A stretch of DNA of 64,000 bases. Source: Centroscyllium fabricii. Its lineage: Eukaryota. A program made the translations under genes and the position numbers. How positions within the stretch are numbered: the first letter of the stretch is position 1; every line of letters starts with the position of its first letter. The notes beneath the pieces were generated by a model. That model did not search any database. It was not told where the DNA came from and saw nothing but the letters and a program-made list of their open reading frames with translations. The stretch is taken from contig JBNRSN020000005.1 of NCBI GenBank assembly GCA_051313645.2, forward strand, positions 160,456,001-160,520,000, in the 5' to 3' direction. Positions 60,577 through 64,000 of this stretch are shown here, one piece after another.

Positions 60577-62150
60577 CAGTCAGCCTATTTAATATTAGAT
60601 GCACAGCCTTTTGCTATCCCTGAAGGCTCAAAGTCATAGTTCCTAAATTGTTCTGTAATATTTGTGTAAAGGGTATTCTCTACAAAAAATCCCTATGTTT
60701 GTTCAAGTTCAGACAAACTGACTTACACTGGCATTGATGGTTGCTGTGGTTGGCTGAGATTACACGTGCTGCATCTCACGTCTATGCAAAACTAGTCAAA
60801 GTGCCCTAATGTAAATTCAGTTGCAGTTGATGCATTGCTGAAGCATTCTGTAATTCAATTGCAGTCTAATTAGGATCCCTTGCTCTTTTGAACTGAAACC
60901 CAGTTGGAGGCGTTTGCCCGGTCCCAATTTAATTTAAGATGGTGAATTTTTATTTATTTTTTACTGGCTGTAATTTCTCAGTATTGTTAAGTTATGTATA
61001 ATAGGTTTGACTTTGTTAGTCTAGTTCTGTATTTGAAAGTGCCTTTTCAGCTGGGAACCACAGCAATCATCAAAATCCAAGATGATATTTTTTTTGTCGG
61101 GGGCGGGCGCACATGTCAGCAGTTGCTGTTCAGATGAAGAATTTAATTAAAAAAAAGGCCAAGTGTTTATGATTTTGTATAAATGTAAATACTTTTTTTT
61201 AATTAATCACTGTGTATATTTGATTTAATAACTTAAATAATCAAGAGCCTTAAAATACCATTCCTTTTATTTATATGTATGTTTAGATTTGAAGGTTTTT
61301 GATAGCTTTGTAAGCTTATGGCTCCTTTATTTTTGATGAATTGTTTTTGTGTTTCAGTAATGTTGCCTTCATGCCAAATTTGAGGTGTGCTCTAGGTGCA
61401 GAATAGATTATTTTTTAACACTAGGATTGGCCGTGTGCCTTGGAACTGTTTTGTACAATGTCAGACATTTTGGATCAATTTCTATACTCACTTCAAGCTC
61501 TTTATTTTGGCCAGGATTATTTTTTTGTATGCATCAATTTGAGGACGAGCGGAGAGCATTAGACTAGAATGCTTTGATTTTTGCTGCTTTAAAGTTTAAA
61601 ACATTTGAGTGACAGGCAGACAGTCTGCAACAAGATACACATGTAAGGGAACAAATTAACACATTTACTTTTGTGTAACTGAAATGTGAGTGGTTGCATG
61701 TACTTAAAAAAAATTAAAAAAAATTAAAAATATATTGAATATCTCTAGATAGTGCATTTGAGTTAAAAGCACAGCACAACTGTTGTAAATCCTGATCTTT
61801 CACCATGGATATAATATTGAACCACTTGTAGATTTGATTTTTGTAATAACATACCTGCATTTTAGGAAGTATTCTAATAATAAGCTAGCTGTTGAATACT
61901 TGAATGGTAGATTTCTCCAGTGAGATCACCATGTAGAAATGCCACGTCACACTGCCTGCCTTACCTGAGGAAATCCAAGTGCTTCTGCAATCGATACCGA
62001 GATTTGAAAAGGCTTTTAAACATGGTAATCTCATTGGTGAAACCTTGATCATGATGTTTTCTTGTGTATTGTGACATTAGTGTTATATGAACATGAGGAT
62101 GCATCTTTGTGTTGCTCCTGGCAATAAATTTTGGAAATTAATATTTATTA
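60577..62150 (+). other. jag1: jag1 3'UTR (3' end approximate)
   Basis: AT-rich stretch with no recognisable TE after the stop codon, with several miRNA seed matches, ending near AATAAA at 62123. Confidence 0.75.
62123..62128 (+). terminator. Polyadenylation signal AATAAA (probable main jag1 PAS)
   Basis: ggcAATAAAttttgg, with GT/T-rich sequence at ~62177-62195; resembles the end of mammalian JAG1 mRNA as I recall it. Confidence 0.65.
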
Positions 62151-64000
62151 AATATTTTGATACAACAATGCACTACTGTTGTGTGCTTTCTTTTCAAAAT
62201 GTGCATGCATTTCCATAATTTCTAAAACATGAGCGTTACACGATCAGTTCTAAAATGTGCCCCTTAGATTTACCCAGTTTGGAAATTTTGTTTCGGCTAG
62301 ATTGCAAAATGACATTATTGGTAATCCCGGTACTTTTGTACCTTGAGCTTTCAAACGGTGACTTGTCGAGCGCGAATTGCAACTCACTCTGTTTTGGAAC
62401 TGTAATGTATCTTTTGGTTACAAAAATGCTGAGTTATTAGCAAGGAGCTTTTTGTCAAGTACATGATTGTATTACTTTGTTTTTTTCTACAAATCTTACA
62501 CTTTTTCTCCAATTGCATTCTCTTGCATTGGCTACATTTACTTGTTAGTTGATGGTCTTCTGATCAATTGGAGACAGGGCACCATTTCTAAGTGGACAAG
62601 TTGCTGCAGTACCTCTTGTACTTTTTTTTTTGTGTTCCTGTCAGCCTCCTGCAAGAGTGTTACTGTGTCGTGTAATAGCTGGTTTACGAGATGGCTTTCC
62701 ATAATTTGGTTTGTAGTTGCATAAATATTGTTAAGCAAGTTGTATGTTACTTTCAAATTCTTACTGTCCAGCTTCTCCCAATTTGATTGTGTAATAATCA
62801 CTGCTTGCCAACTGTTTAATTCTTTGTAACATGTCTGTATGTTGTGACTTTTTCTTGTGCCCATTTTCCGGAAAATCCCAATAAAGTTTTGAACAGAAAT
62901 ATTCTGATTTTTATGAAAGATTTTACTCTTAAATAAGGCTACCATTCAGTTTGTCCAATTTATTATTTGTTTGGAGGGGTGGGGGGCAGGAGGTTGATGG
63001 TGTGGAGAGAGAGTGATGTGGAAAGAAGGGAATTGTGTAATGCAACAGATCTTTGGACTGGAACAGTTTTACAACCTGTCGTGCATTCTAGTAATTCAGA
63101 AACATTAGTGACGAATGTGCTCCAACTCATTCATAACATAGCAGTAGAGCTGGATGACCAACTGTACTGATTTACATTAGGCAATAGTGAATGGGGCATG
63201 TTTAACAATCAAAATTGGCACATGCACATGACCAGATGACCTCAAAAGAAAATAATTCCAGATTGCTAGTGATGAGTTCATCTTTTCTCTCTCCTGCTCC
63301 ATGGCCAACTGAAATCATAAACAGTAAAACTTGAGCTTTGAAATAATAAGCAAAATGGGTGCTACAGAATATAATGACTGCTCATCACTTCTATAAGTAT
63401 TTGCTGCAATTGAGGGCAAATGTAAATATTGTACTGAAGATAACCAAGACTGAAGTGCTGCTGTACATTCAATGTTGTAAACTGGGGGGGAGAGGTGGTG
63501 GTAACATTTTACCGCTGTACTCTATTTCTTGTAATGTTTTTATTTTAGAAACCATGCTTTCACTCAATACTTTTGAGTGTCTGCTTGTTGCTACCCAGTG
63601 TGCAAGAGTGGAAGAGTTTCACTCGCTTTTTGGTTAACCTGGTTTAGGGGTTGATCCAAGTGTCCTTCCTCTAACAAGTTTAAGCCATTAATTGATATTT
63701 GCTCATAGTTTGGAGAAATGAAAGTTGGCAGTTGATTCACATGCACTGTGCTGGCAGTGCTGTAAAGGCAGTTGCCTTCTAACCTATGGTCTCTAGTTTG
63801 AGTCTTGCTGCTGATAGAATTTAGACACTATGTGCCACATGTGTATGTTCTCTGCCAGACTGTTAACTTGCCCTCTGAAGTTTAAAACAAATTTCTAACT
63901 TTGACCCTGGTAAATCTCATTCTATACTTTGGGAGAACTGACTTTTTAAAAGCCATAAAATAAAGGTAATACTTCATGACTTATCCTGACAGAGATTTTG

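Noticed and set aside
62538-62945. 135-aa minus-strand ORF downstream of jag1 (candidate last exon of a convergent neighbour such as slx4ip)
   Set aside because: No recognisable homology or convincing splice acceptor; it would need BLAST or RNA-seq support.

Overview
Vertebrate genomic DNA, most likely a cartilaginous fish judging from the repeat content (DeuSINE/SacSINE1-type and V-SINE/HE1-type SINEs, CR1, L2, Penelope-derived and Harbinger repeats). The window holds one complete host gene, jag1 (Jagged-1, Notch ligand), on the + strand. I traced 26 coding exons by hand from 11402 to 60576, all GT-AG, 3642 nt, 1213 aa, ending in the PDZ ligand MEYIV, with a ~1.55 kb 3'UTR. Upstream lies a decayed PIF/Harbinger transposon and LINE/SINE debris. 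Intron 2 holds a full-length antisense Gypsy LTR element (CTAT TSD, tRNA-Trp PBS) with a nested CR1 fragment. Intron 7 holds a palindromic MITE, and intron 9 a ~3 kb adenine-free compound satellite that explains the two ~1000-aa ORFs. I see no evidence of a wholly new multi-gene system. The best leads are an overlapping upstream ORF in the jag1 5'UTR, minimal hammerhead-ribozyme motifs in Penelope-derived repeats, the ordered satellite, the hairpin MITE and several unusual Jag1 residues. All comparisons with human JAG1 and repeat consensus sequences are from memory and need alignment.
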